A stretch of DNA of 49,502 nt from Nemertoderma westbladi (taxonomy: Eukaryota > Animalia > Xenacoelomorpha). Position numbers and translations under genes: made by a program. This document shows, one piece after another, positions 23,438 through 37,562 of this stretch; positions within the stretch are counted from its first letter, which is position 1; each line of letters begins with the position of its first letter. The DNA lies in contig JAUCBJ010005889.1 of assembly GCA_032718475.1 (NCBI GenBank), positions 1 through 49,502 of the forward strand, read 5' to 3'. The notes under the pieces are model-generated. The model was not told where the DNA came from, made no database searches, and saw only the letters and a program-made list of their open reading frames with translations.

Positions 23438-25534
23438 TTACAGTCCGATCTGAACCTTTAGTGAGTTGAGACGGTCTCTCATGTTAGCAATCTCATTGGC
23501 TTCGTTGTAGAGAAGCTCCTTGAGGTTGTTTGCATGAACCTCCGGTAATCCAGTCGGTTTACTCATTACAATTTGGATCGGTCCGGAGTCGCCACCACCA
23601 ACACTGCCACCAGAAACTTTGAGTTTCAGAGAATCTAAAGCCTCTCGTAGTCTCCCAAGGTTCTCCTGCAAGTCGCTGAGACTTCGAGCAGCTTTCATTT
23701 CGTCGTCAGAAACGACGTCTACCTTCCAACTGACTTTATTGAGGAGCGCTGTCAGTCTGGCCTCGAGGAGATCCTGTAGATCTCTACACTGATCGTATCT
23801 CTCGGCCAACTGCTCGGCTCGATCACACAACCCCTCTCTCGCCTCCATGTACTCAACCAACTGCTCCGTCTGCCCGTCCTGTTGCTTCACCAGTATACCG
23901 ACTCTCTCCTCAACCTCCAGCCTCGCCATGTTCTGTTTCTCCATGTATTCCTCTCTGTACACACCGATTACCTTCCCCACCATATCCAGACACTCACCCC
24001 GTCTACTCCCCAACTCCGCCCCCCAATCCCGCCCTTTAACGATCGGGTTACCGGCTTTCCGCTGTAATATGTTGCGAATTTTCTCTAGAAACGAAACGTT
24101 CTGTATTTTTCGCAACGGCGACACGGCGGTTGTGTTGGGATCCGCAACAGTGGAAGTGGCGAGGTTGAGTTTGTCGAAGTTATAACTGTAATCGGCAAGA
24201 GGGACGTGGATACAGTCGATATCCTGGGTGAGGATTAGTAGAGAGGATCCGGCAATGGGGTCGCCTAGGACGGATAGACCCACAATGGGGTTGCTAGGCG
24301 CCGAGGGGGTCGTCCTCGTGCACAGTATGTAGTCTACCAGACAGGGCTGGTCCTGTTCACTGGGGTCCGTCTCGCAGTAGGTCTGGTAGTCCAGGGCCCA
24401 GGGGAGGAAGACAGAGTGAACCCCCGCTGAGTGGACCACGTGGTAGAGACAGGTGGTCACCGGGTCCGGCTCCACTCTGATTGGTTGAGTGGGGTCGTCC
24501 AGCTCCAGGTCTACCGCCTCGTAGACGTAGAGGACGGGCTCCTCGTCGTCCTCGTCGTCGTCGCTGTCTGCGGTAGAGACGGAGTCGTTGGCGTCCGAGA
24601 GGACCACGCAGTGGTACAGTCTGCCGCCCGTGGTCGCCAGGAGCAACACCTCGGGTCGGCATTGCAACGCGACTACCGCGCAGTAGTCCAACCCATAGTT
24701 GTCTACCGCTGGGGGGCGCATCGTCAGCGGGCCGACGACGGGTGCGCGGGACCGTCGCATGGGGGCGTCGTCTAGTCTCAGCGTCGTCATGACGACCTCC
24801 CCGTTGCCTTTGAGCACGTAGACGGGGTTGACGCCGCCGTTAGAGGCGGCGGGGTTGACGCCGCTGGTAGAGGCGACGCAATGGGATATGGACATTGCGA
24901 CCACGGATTCCCCCATGGCCCGTTGGATGGCGCTGTTAGGCGGCGAGATAGACACGGTGTCTACCGGGGTCTCCGGCTCGCTGCTGCAGTACAAGCTGAC
25001 GGAGTTGTCGGTGGTCAGTAGCAGCAGATGGGTCCCGGTGGGGGAGTCTGGGAGCCACTCGGTTTGTACGACGTCGGTAGACTGAAGATGTCGGGTGGCT
25101 AGTCGGACAGTCCGACAGGTGGTGCGGGGTTTACGTGAGACGAGACGACCCCATGAGAGCGGTAGGTCGACCGCTAGGAGTCCCCGGGGGCCGGAGAGGG
25201 CGAGGTGCTGGCCGCCGGGGCTGGGGAGCACACGTGTCACCGGGAAGTTCGGCGGCTCCGTTAGCAGCAGTTGGATCACGTGTTCCGACGGTTCCTCCTC
25301 CTCCAGGACGGAACGTACCGACGGCTGCGGGAGGCGACAGAACAACGATTTACTACTCCCGTCCCACACGAACAGCGCCCCGTCGCAGTAGCACATTATA
25401 TTGTCCGGGGTTGCTTTGCTTTCGGAATCGTCGCTTTGACTTCCTTCCTTCTCTTTTTGTTCGTTTGATTCTTTTAGTTTAGCGAACAGGTCGCTCCTGT
25501 GTAAATTCTGCGCGAATCCCAAATTATTGGCCAT
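23438..25534 (-). CDS. NUP88: Nuclear pore complex protein Nup88, single coding exon (698 aa)
   Basis: PPNFPVTRVLPSPGGQHLALSGPRGLLAVDLPLSWG and GPLTMRPPAVDNYGLDYCAV...LATTGGRLYHCVVL match the Nup88 beta-propeller. C-terminal coiled coil. AATAAA on the minus strand at 23381-23386. Confidence 0.9.
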   Translation of the reverse strand: MANNLGFAQNLHRSDLFAKLKESNEQKEKEGSQSDDSESKATPDNIMCYCDGALFVWDGSSKSLFCRLPQPSVRSVLEEEEPSEHVIQLLLTEPPNFPVTRVLPSPGGQHLALSGPRGLLAVDLPLSWGRLVSRKPRTTCRTVRLATRHLQSTDVVQTEWLPDSPTGTHLLLLTTDNSVSLYCSSEPETPVDTVSISPPNSAIQRAMGESVVAMSISHCVASTSGVNPAASNGGVNPVYVLKGNGEVVMTTLRLDDAPMRRSRAPVVGPLTMRPPAVDNYGLDYCAVVALQCRPEVLLLATTGGRLYHCVVLSDANDSVSTADSDDDEDDEEPVLYVYEAVDLELDDPTQPIRVEPDPVTTCLYHVVHSAGVHSVFLPWALDYQTYCETDPSEQDQPCLVDYILCTRTTPSAPSNPIVGLSVLGDPIAGSSLLILTQDIDCIHVPLADYSYNFDKLNLATSTVADPNTTAVSPLRKIQNVSFLEKIRNILQRKAGNPIVKGRDWGAELGSRRGECLDMVGKVIGVYREEYMEKQNMARLEVEERVGILVKQQDGQTEQLVEYMEAREGLCDRAEQLAERYDQCRDLQDLLEARLTALLNKVSWKVDVVSDDEMKAARSLSDLQENLGRLREALDSLKLKVSGGSVGGGDSGPIQIVMSKPTGLPEVHANNLKELLYNEANEIANMRDRLNSLKVQIGL

Positions 25535-25896
25535 AATGCAGTAGCGGTAATGTGTAAGTAACGTATACAGGTATAGCTGTATAGATAGATATGAGATATT
25601 AGCAAAATTATATTATTATATTGCAGTGAGATATGCAATTAAATTTAGAGCGTTACAGCAATATGTGTTTAAATTGTAAAGTGCCGAGTAGTACCGGTAG
25701 GTCTGTAGGTCAGTCAATACAATAATTACGTAATTCAATAAATGGCTAATCCCCAGTTCAGCAGTTGAACTCCTAAATACGGTACATGCATCGATGCAGG
25801 CAGCCGAATAATGTCTGTACGTAATACAGCAATATATGTCGATATGAGGATTGGGCCGCCGCTACCGGTGCCAGTTAATTATACATAAGATTTTTT

Positions 25897-26268
25897 CTAA
25901 CGAGAGAATCCGTGAACTGCGGTGTAAACGAGAATCCAGGACACAAGAAATGTTGCGAATGAAGTCATAAAGCCTTCCTTTGTTATTTCCCAAGCTCCTC
26001 CGTATTCGTCTTCATCAACGCATTGGAAATTCGAGAAATACAAATAAGAAACACCGGCGTTAACCGCAGCAAATAAAGCGATAGCTAGAATACCGTAGAG
26101 GGGAACAATTCCCCAGAACGCTCCGAGAATTATCGCTATAATTTGTCGACCCCAATAGATTACGTCGAGAAATTCGTCTTTATCTGGCCATAACGATTTG
26201 GGAGTTATAATTCTTTGGAAAAGAGAAGAGTTGTCAGTTTCATTGGTTTTATGTTGGTCGACACGCAT
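25897..26268 (-). CDS. RAB5IF: RAB5IF/C20orf24 (OPTI, Rab5-interacting/EMC6-like family), single coding exon (123 aa)
   Basis: WPDKDEFLDVIYWGRQII...VDEDEYGGAWEITKEGFMTSFATFLVSWILVYT is the family signature. Confidence 0.92.
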   Translation of the reverse strand: MRVDQHKTNETDNSSLFQRIITPKSLWPDKDEFLDVIYWGRQIIAIILGAFWGIVPLYGILAIALFAAVNAGVSYLYFSNFQCVDEDEYGGAWEITKEGFMTSFATFLVSWILVYTAVHGFSR

Positions 26269-27465
26269 TATCTAGGCCTATAACAGCTGAACAGTATAAC
26301 TCTAACTGCAGAACTGTCTAATTAACACAAGCTTGCAGGCCTAATCAATGCCCAGCTTCAGAGCTTAACAAACAGTGAAACAGACAATCACATCACACTA
26401 CAGCCGGACAGCACTGAGCACTATGCACTAGTCAGCTTTCAGCTAGGCCTGCAGGGGCACCCTGTTCAGCTGTTTGGTAAATTATGAATTACAGAATTAA
26501 CACAGATAGCACCGTAGTACAGCAGTACCTGGTACCAGTACCTACCGGTTTTATCACGGCCACGGGTGTGCGTGTGGGGTGTCCAGGTATCCAAGTACTG
26601 ATGTAGTCCTACCGGTAGGCCTACTGCAATGTATGTACCGTATGGTACTGCACCGTACCACAGACTGACAGATAATCTTTCAGTTTATTTGTGCTGCTTG
26701 TCAGCTTGTGGCTGCTGTGTGGGGCGAGACACGTATGGCGAGCCATCAGCGTAATATTCACTAGTATAAAAAAAGCACTCAAAATCACAAAAAATAAAGG
26801 TTAAAAAACTCATTCGGGACCCTTTTGCTTCAGGAGTCAAAATTGTAGAATAAATTCCCGAAGTTTGCGACGTTTGCGAAATTCGCGAAGAATCCGTCAG
26901 TTTCTGTGCCCTAATGGGTTCGTGACGAAACAATCAAATCTTACACACTTAACACACGCGAACTAATTTAGTGTAATAGTATGCATGAATCATTAAATAG
27001 AAATTAAATTAATGAACGCTATTTCAACATGAAATCTACGGAATCAATACACAACACACCCACACTACTGAATTTAAAAATTTATATAGATTGCAACTTA
27101 TATTTGGCTACCTTTTAGGCCTAAATGGGTGACTAATTTAATTATTCACCCCTATATATTTGTAGCCTTTTTAATTTGTGCCTCTAATTGAATCAAACAT
27201 TAAACTAAAATATATGTCACAATATTGGTCTGTCGGTAGCTGGTCAATGAATCTCTCATAAATTTGTTAATTAGTCGCTGCTCAGTCATTGAACATTTGA
27301 ACACGTGCTGCTCGAAGACCCCACAACGTGTACTATAGTAGGTATAGTTGTAGTATGCTGTAATGACTGAAACATCATAATTCACAAGAATGAAAACAGG
27401 AAAAGCCTGTTATAACAAAGAGGTACTGTAGGTACCGTAATACTGTATGGTCTCGAAATACTATA

Positions 27466-28397
27466 CGTACTATATACAAGGCCATGCCATCGAGTTAACT
27501 GGGGGCGGTGACTGGGGGCAAGATTTTTTTTACAACAATTTGATATTTTGATATGGGGAGAGTTCTATAAATTTTCATTTGCTGCAATTTAGTCAATGGA
27601 CGTAATTGAAGCATCCTCGTTAAGTAAGATAAAATATTTTATGGTAGCTATAGTGTTTTAGGTAGGTTTAGCTAGTAATTTCGACACTGGATCCGACATC
27701 CTACTTCCCTCTATAAATATTGTGTAGTACAGTAGCTAGTTCTTTTTACTATTTGTATAGAAAATGTTCCAGAACATTTTACAGTAGCTATTCATTTTTA
27801 AAAAAAATTATGTTTTAGAACAAATATTTTTTGTTCTAGAACATTTTTTAGAAAAAAATCTGGATTATATTTAAACGCATCTAAAACGTGTTTAAATTCA
27901 ATAAAAAAATTTTCACAATTTTTAAAAATTTCACAATATTTTTTTTTCACAATTTTTTTTATTGATTTTAAACACGTTTTAAAACGATTCCACGCGTTTT
28001 AAATAGAATCCAGATTTTTTTCTAAAAAATGTTCTAGAACAAAAAATATTTGTTCTAGAACATAATATTTTTTAAAAATGAATAGCTAACATGTTCTGGA
28101 ACATTTTCTATACAAATAGTAAAAAGAACTAGCTACTACAAAATATTTATAGAAGGAAGTAGCATGTCGGAACCAGTGTCGAAATTACTAGCTAAACCTA
28201 TCTAAAACACTATAGCTACCATAACTATTTTTATCTTACTCTACGAGGATGCTTCAATTACGTCCATTGACCAAATTGCAGCAAATGAAAATTTATAGTA
28301 CTCTCCCCATATCAAAATACCAAATTGTTGTAAAAAAAATCTTGCCCCCAGTCACCGCCCCCAGTTAACTCGATGGCATGGCCTTGTATATAGTACG
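27466..28397. mobile_element. ~930-bp foldback element (near-perfect palindrome, arms about 450 bp)
   Basis: CGTACTATATACAAGGCCATGCCATCGAGTTAACTGGGGGCGGTGACTGGGGGCAAG... is mirrored at 28397 and stays complementary inward to a centre near 27930. Confidence 0.92.
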
Positions 28398-28701
28398 CCT
28401 TGGTTACTGTGCAATTGTTTAAAAAAATGAGATACAGTATGATAAGATATATTGAACAATTCCTATACTGTACATGGTAAATGTGAGTGAAGTATGCACT
28501 GCATGCATGCAAGTACATAATGTAATTCAACTATAATATAATGAACAATCTTACTTACAACACATTTCCTGTATAGTTGGTGGCCAAACAAGTAATCCCA
28601 TTATTATGGCCACCAAGTAAACAAGGGCAAACGAGAACAGATTAAAGTAAATGTTGAAATGAAACACCTCACTGAACTACTAAACTACCGGTACTGTAAA
28701 A

Positions 28702-28862
28702 CAGCCCATGACTTTCTTGAGGACACTGGCCTTGAAGATGCGGATGATCTAGCAAATGTCATCGGTGATAGGGAGTTGTGGCGGCGCAATTTTGTCGACA
28801 AGCCGGCACAGCATTCTTAAAAATGCAGCAGCAATGCAGCATGCAGATTCTAGTAGTACACA
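28702..28862 (+). mobile_element. Short 3' end of the same RTE-like LINE
   Basis: Matches 13736-13905 with a small deletion. It has a TAG tail and a direct repeat GTACTGTAAAA on both sides (28691-28701, 28863-28873). Confidence 0.85.
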
Positions 28863-29993
28863 GTACTGTAAAATAAAACAAAATCACTAAATTATACTAC
28901 ATTAAATTAACTAAACCGGTAGCAAGGTAAAACTGAAACTATTAGATGTAACAGTACAATACACAATTTAAAAATACGTTTTGATTTTGACTGGATTTTA
29001 GCCATACATATACTTAATAAATACATTTGTGCAAATAACATACTCAATCGTCAATAAACATACACAGATTAGAAAATCGGTAACGTTTTGTGGCGGAAAT
29101 ACTTCCATCGTTCCATCTACTGCTCCAAAGAAGTAAAACGATTACAAAATAATATAACGACTGGAGTTTGTTTGACTTGGAATAATAAAAACTGTATGTA
29201 GGCCTAACTAGTATTATTCTTAACGCAAATCCAATCTCGGCGGGTTAATATCTCGTCTCATATGCTATAATAAATTATCAATTTAGATACTGTGTAGGTA
29301 ACAGGCAAGTACAGTACAACTTGGTAGCAGTGATACGTTATTCTAACCAACACAATAAAATAACGCATTAACCCTTCTTGTTAGAGACCTTTTACTTTTT
29401 AAATATTAAACAGTTAGGGAAGGGCGGGATTCCTTTAACTTTTATTAAATTATAATTAATAAATATACGGTTGTTTGATCCCTACTGTGGCAGAATTTCG
29501 CCATATTTATTTAAAAAAATATAAAAAGCAGGAATTTTTGGACGTCCAAAAATTAATTTATGGACGTCCAAAAATTAATTTATGGAGGTACTGCCGTATG
29601 ATGGTTACTTTTTAGTAATCAGTGTGCTGTATTTCAATTATTGTTATTAGCAATTTTAATATTATTTATTTGTATGTTCCGATTTTAATTAATATAGATC
29701 TGGGATCGTAATTCTGTACCCGGTACCGGAAGAGACCGGCAGTTCTGTAATTGATATTTCAGCATTTTGATAATCGGTCATCTGTCATCCATCCATCATC
29801 CTGTAACTTCTGCCAGGCCTATTTCAGTAGGCCTATTTCAGTATTTTTATTTACATCGCCGTGACGTGACGCCGTACCAATAGGCCTATCAGAATATAGG
29901 TACAACTGTACAAGGCTGCAGGGTGCCGGTAGCAAGGTAGCGCCTCGCCTATTTAATTAAGTAAAGGAGTAATTCAGCTGAGCAATAAATTAA

Positions 29994-31601
<1,608 letters not shown>

Positions 31602-33468
31602 ATTGTTCTTGAAGCACTCTACCTACACTCTAGTTGTGAGTTTGTTTGTGTTTAATGTATTCTTAAATGGCCACTGTGCTCAGCTCAGTGCAATCCGAAT
31701 CAGGATAAGCCAAAGTCGGAATAGGTTGTTCTGTTCCTACAGTGTACCGTCAGTGATATTATATTTTGAAGCCAAAACTAAAACTAAATGATGTGATGAT
31801 GTTTATATCCTCATGACGCACTCATTATGGTACGATATTATCTGTATGCTGTGCGGCTCATTACGGAAACTCACTTTATGGTACCATAACATTATGTGAT
31901 ACCATATTGCGAGTTCACCCGAGAATTCATGTTTTTTTTCATTTTTTTCATGAAGGGGGGCAGAAAATTAGAATTTTTTGTTTCAATGTGAATTTGAAGT
32001 CATAAATATTTACACTAAACATCGTAATATTTTTATTTCGATTTTCAGTTTTCGCTGCCAAATATATTAGTATTTTTTGCGAATTTAATTTCTGCATCCC
32101 GATGATGAAAGCGTATAATATTAATTTAATTTTTAATATCGACATTAATAATGGGACTTCACTTTAATTACCTTTCGATTGCATTGACGCAGTTTGTGTT
32201 CGTTTAAGAATATTCATATACATATTTTATTATTACATTTCGACAACTTAATTCCTTTACGTTATATTGGATGATATCTATTCGCCTTCAATTAACTTTC
32301 GGGGCAATAGAAATGCCGCAATGTCTATGTAGCAATCGGATATTCGTATGGCGCCATTCCAATAGGAGAACACTATAGTGATTGGGAACAATTTCAGTTG
32401 TTCCGGAAGAGAAAAGCAAAAGGGCTGTTGTTTTTTTATAAGTTTTTAATGTGAATGACGTCTGTTGGTCGCTAAGTAATTTGAACTAAAGTTGTCTAAA
32501 TGTATTATTAATCCATGCTGCATTGCCCCTGAAGAGTAATTGAATGCATTCGACGATCCCCGTTTTGTTATCGTCACGAATGTACTTCAGGGCAACGCAG
32601 TATTTTATATATTACAGTACTTTTTAGTTTTCTACTCAATTATTTTATCAGGGCATTATTTATGACTGGTGGTTTTAGTACTTCAGAAAGTTGAACAGCC
32701 AATTATTATCAGCTAAAGCGACCCAAATTTCTTTATCAAATAACATTTATTTTGCATCGCTTATTGAGTTTGTTTTATATTATTTTAGTTACTAGTTATT
32801 TTGCCCAATAATTATGTGCTAGTCTATTCTAATTGTACTTTAGTATTTAGTATAATTAAATTTGAATGTGAAATTATAATTATTACTGCTAAAAAATGAC
32901 CGCCATTGTTATTTTATTAATAAGATAAAAAACCCAAACAATGAAATGGGTGGAATGAAAAGAAATACTTATTTTCAACCAAATATCAGTGTCGATGTAC
33001 CAACAGCTACCACCATAATATTGCTATTTGGGTGTCGTTAATCCGTTATCTCCTATATTATCTGGATGTTGAATTTCTGCTCAAATTTCCCTGGAATTAA
33101 TAAAGCGATGGGGGGGGGGGGGGGGGGGGGGGCAGACCTCACGTTCAAGTACTAGAAGACAAATACTGGCAGTAATATTTTGCAGCGTGGCTGCTGATAT
33201 ATTTAAATCTAAACATGTGGTGACTCACTAACCTGATTCTGTTGGCGACAACCGGGTACCACACGAGACGGGGGTTTTATGTAAAACCGTCTTCTTTTAA
33301 AAAATATGTGATTTTATCCTTCGAATTCTACTTTTTATTAAACAATGAACATGTCACAATAACCCGTCAACCAATTCAACTATCAATCAATTATTATTAG
33401 CTTAACAAATAGCCTGCAATAAAAAGTAACTGCCAAGAGAATCGGGAAGTGTAATGTACTGAGTCTCG

Positions 33469-36400
33469 CTACACGTACCTCGGCGAATTAATCTGCGTTC
33501 TACCCCGACCCCCTGAGTATCCAGAGTAGCCTCCGCCCCCTTGGCGTTGTTGGTACCCCCCAGATCGGCCCCCTCTCTGCTGGTATCCCCCCCTCTGCTG
33601 GTATCCCATCACGCTGCCCCCTCCACCGCCGTACCGATCCCCCCTATTATACTGGCCCCCCGACCTGTACCCCCCTTGGTTTCCCCCTCCCCGCTCTCTT
33701 TGCCCCCCTCCGTACTGTCCCCCCTGTTGTTTGTCCCGCTGATAGAAATGCGTCCCCTGCCGCAGATGCCGCTGTTCCAACAACTTCTCGTTCTGCTCGA
33801 CTAGATTATTCACCTTCTCGCTGAGCTGCAGGGCGAGCTGTTGCAACCGAGTCGGCTCGGCTTTGTGAACCACGAGCGTTTGAGTCGGTTCGTCCCACGA
33901 GGCCTGGATGTCGTCGTTGATTATCATTTTACTGATTATCCTGTGGACAACTCCGGCGTCCAACTGAAACATCTCGCCGAGAAACTGCTGCGAGAAACTA
34001 TCGTAGAACTTCCCGTACGTAAACAGATACGTCCTCAACCCTTCTTCTTGAATCTTCCTCGTCAACATATCGCGAACTCTGTCAGCCCGCGGGAATAGAT
34101 CCCAAATCTTTTTGTTCATTTTCTCGTTGATAATAAAGTCCCGACAGCCCTTCCAGTCGCCTACTTTGAGCGCCTTCGACGCGGCTACTACGTGCTCCCG
34201 CATGTTCTCCGGTGGGCCCACTAACGTCTGCTTCTCGCTCAACTTCAACTGGTGATGGAAACTCTTCGAGATCATCCGCTTTCTGGCGTCGAATTCTCGC
34301 GCCGACATGTACGGAATCTCCAGCAACATTGCCGACGTCAGGTAAATACATTCTAGAACGTCCAGGTTGATATGGAGATGGAACGGCATCTGACGTTGTC
34401 TCTCCACCTGATAATACAAATATATCAAATTACATTTTTATTTCTTAAAAATTAAATGTTAAACATTAAATTTCAATATCCCGAAGCGGTTATATTTGAC
34501 TAGTAGCCACAGTATACTGATCGCTTAGGCCCACTCTCACAGGCACAGTTGCACCGATACTTTATGCAGCATGCAGGTTAGACTGTAAACTGAAACTAAG
34601 TGGTGGTCGACCCGTACCAGATGAACCGGTAGTGGGCCTAACTCATACGCTGTGTCCTATGACGCTACTGGAATCCAACTAGCCGTGAACAGTTATACAA
34701 TTATATGTCCTTCTCTACCTACAAAAGCAAGCAAAACACACACACCCACCCCGACTTACCTTTTCCTGCTTGGCGTCTCTCTCAGACTGCCTCTGCATGG
34801 CCAACCCTTGCGCCAAGAACACCTTGGCCTTCCCACTACTCTGTATGTCGAGTAAGGCGTTATGCGCCTCCTTTATGTTGCCATGACGGAAGGCGCACAA
34901 CCCCAGCTGCACCAGAGTCCGGTTGTACAGAATCTCGGTTGGGATGTCCGAGAACTGGATGTTGTCCTGCAGATGGGACATTAACATGAGGTCCCGCGCC
35001 TCGTACCACCGGTCGTGTACCGCGTGGTGGTAGATGTGGGCGAGAATGGCCCGAGTTCGAATCCTGTCGGTGGCGTCTTGCGAGTAGATATATTTGGCTA
35101 GTTGGTCTATAATGTCCTCGGCGCGGTCTTCAGCGTCTTCTTTGTCGTCTTTGTAATCGAACTTGTAGTAAAGCAGCTCGATGCGCTTCAGGTAAACACG
35201 ACAAAGGAGTTGGGGAGATGATTTATTCATCTCAAGATATTCCTGCGGGTGTAAATGTTTCATTAGACGTAATAGTTGTTGGAAACAACGATACTACATC
35301 AACACAACTACGAGGAAGAAACTAGCTGAATACAAAATAAAACATACTTTTATACACATCAATATTGTATTATTATACTTAGGAACTTGGTAATTTATAT
35401 TATCTAAAAAGTTCACGAAATCTCAATTTGATTTCTCATTATAACAAATCATGATAACATTATTATATTGCGCAATCCAACTGAATCTTTTGCAAATGTA
35501 AACCGATCATGATAACATTATTATATTGCGCAATCCAACTGAATCTTTTGCAAATGTAAACCGACCTGCAGTCGCTCGACTATCTTCACTACTTTGGGTT
35601 CGTCTTTAAGTCGGTCCACATACTCGGTAGAGTGAGCGTCGGCGTTCTGCAGTATCTTGGTGAACTCCTCGCTCATCTTCTCGACCAGACTCAGCGCGCA
35701 ACCTCGAACCAACAGCGGCCGTTCCGTCGACTCCTCCAGGTTCTCTTCGTCCTCCGCCACATCGGCTCCTACCTGCACCTCGGGGTGTTCCATCAACACG
35801 TCCAGTAACACGTTCAGGTAGCGGATACACTTGGACCACACGTCCGCCTTCATGCAGTCGGCGAGGTTGGGATTGTAGTCGAATACAGCCGATACCAGAC
35901 CTGTAAGGTGGAATCGTGGAGATAGATGGAATGTTGTAATAGCCACGAATCTAACAGCTATGTATTATCCTATCGGCAATGTCGTGGGATCGAACTAGTG
36001 TTCTTCATGTTGTAATTCTGAGGTTTTGACCATCTCAGTTAGCAGTACAGGCTAAATGTTGATCTGTAAACACCACATTATTCTGGGTGCGTTGTATACC
36101 AGCCATTATGCTCGCTCCCCCCTCAACTCTACTTCAAAAGACTTCCAAACTGGAGCTTTGCCAAGCTTTGCACAACGAAAATTTAAATGTTTAATTCATC
36201 CACAGCCACAATATTTTCGCTCACCACAAAATCAAAAATGATCACATTTGTGTTTGAAGGTTAATTTATGAGACTAAATTCAATAACCGGCTTCCTAATA
36301 TCTTAATGACGTTGTTTTGCAATAGGACGTCTGCATGTGCCGTTCCGTTTTAAATAAAATAATTCTGAACTGCGAAAATATTGAGTTCCAAAACTGGATC

Positions 36401-37562
36401 TTATCCAGTTGTCCTTACAAGGAACTGTTGGAAAACGTAAATTGTGTTTAATTTTGGAATATGTGAGTATTTATATTTGAATATGTTGGTAATGTTACGG
36501 CTCACCTAGTAATATCTTTATGGCGATCGCAGCACCAAGGGAGTGGCGGTACGATAGATCCAGGAGTTCGTTGAGTAAACTAATCTGCTCCCTTCGATCG
36601 GTCCCCCTCTTCCCGCGCGCAGCCACGATCTCAACCATCTTCTTGGCGACGTTCTCCACGTTAATCTCCACGTCCTTATCGAATAGAACCGTGACCACAC
36701 CGCCGACGCGACCCTTAACTTCGCTCCAACTCTCATCTTCTTCGTCGTCTGCATCGCGTCGCTTCACCCGCTGGACTCGCTCGCGTTTACGCGACTTCTC
36801 CGATTTGTCGCCCGGCGCTTTCTTTAGGAAATAGGCGGCGGTGAGCTGCTCCAGGTCGCCCTCAACGTCCGACAAACTCGAACTGGAGTCGCTCTCCGCG
36901 CCCCAGTCCATGTCGGAGTCGCTGTCCTCATCCATAGCCTCCCGCGACGGTTTCCCTCTGCTTTTCTCCTCCGAACGAACTTCCACTTTATCTTCGCTGA
37001 TCTCCGATTCCAGGTTGGACGCATCGTCATCCACATCCTCTTCCTCTTCATCCGACGGATTCTCCCGGTAGACGATTAAATCCTCCTCGAATTCTTTGTT
37101 ATAGCGCTTTAGTTTCTGTCTCAATGAACCCAAACACCTCGCGTTTATTTTGCTCAGTTTCTTGCGGTAATCCGTGTCCGCCCAGCATTCGTTAACTAAA
37201 CTTTCAGTTTCATCCAAACAACGCAAGTAGAATTTGGGAACAACTCCGTTCTTATCAACTACCGCCTTCGATTTACTGTATACTTTCCCTAATTCTTCAA
37301 ACGTATCGAGAGCCGATTTAAAATCGCGAATCTTTCTTTGGTTGCGAAGATTCTTTATCAAGGTATTGAGTTCGTCGTAACGTTTATCGAAAGCGCTCTT
37401 GAGTATTCGCTTGGGTTCTATGTCGTCATCGTCGGCCATGTGGAAACCTTTACTGGTGAAGGTGGCCTTGGTGGGAACGAGGGCCGGACCCTCATCCTCC
37501 TCGCTAAAAGAGTTGTCCGACTCGCTATCGGACCCTCCGATGGCGAAAAATCGAGACGACAT
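33469..37562 (-). CDS. EIF3C: Eukaryotic translation initiation factor 3 subunit C; exons complement(36506-37562, 35566-35900, 34760-35242, 33469-34407), 937 aa
   Basis: [15 protein letters not shown] start, [43 protein letters not shown] and a PCI domain. Three GT-AG introns have matching phases (1, 0, 0). The joined length of 2814 nt is an intact frame. Confidence 0.95.
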
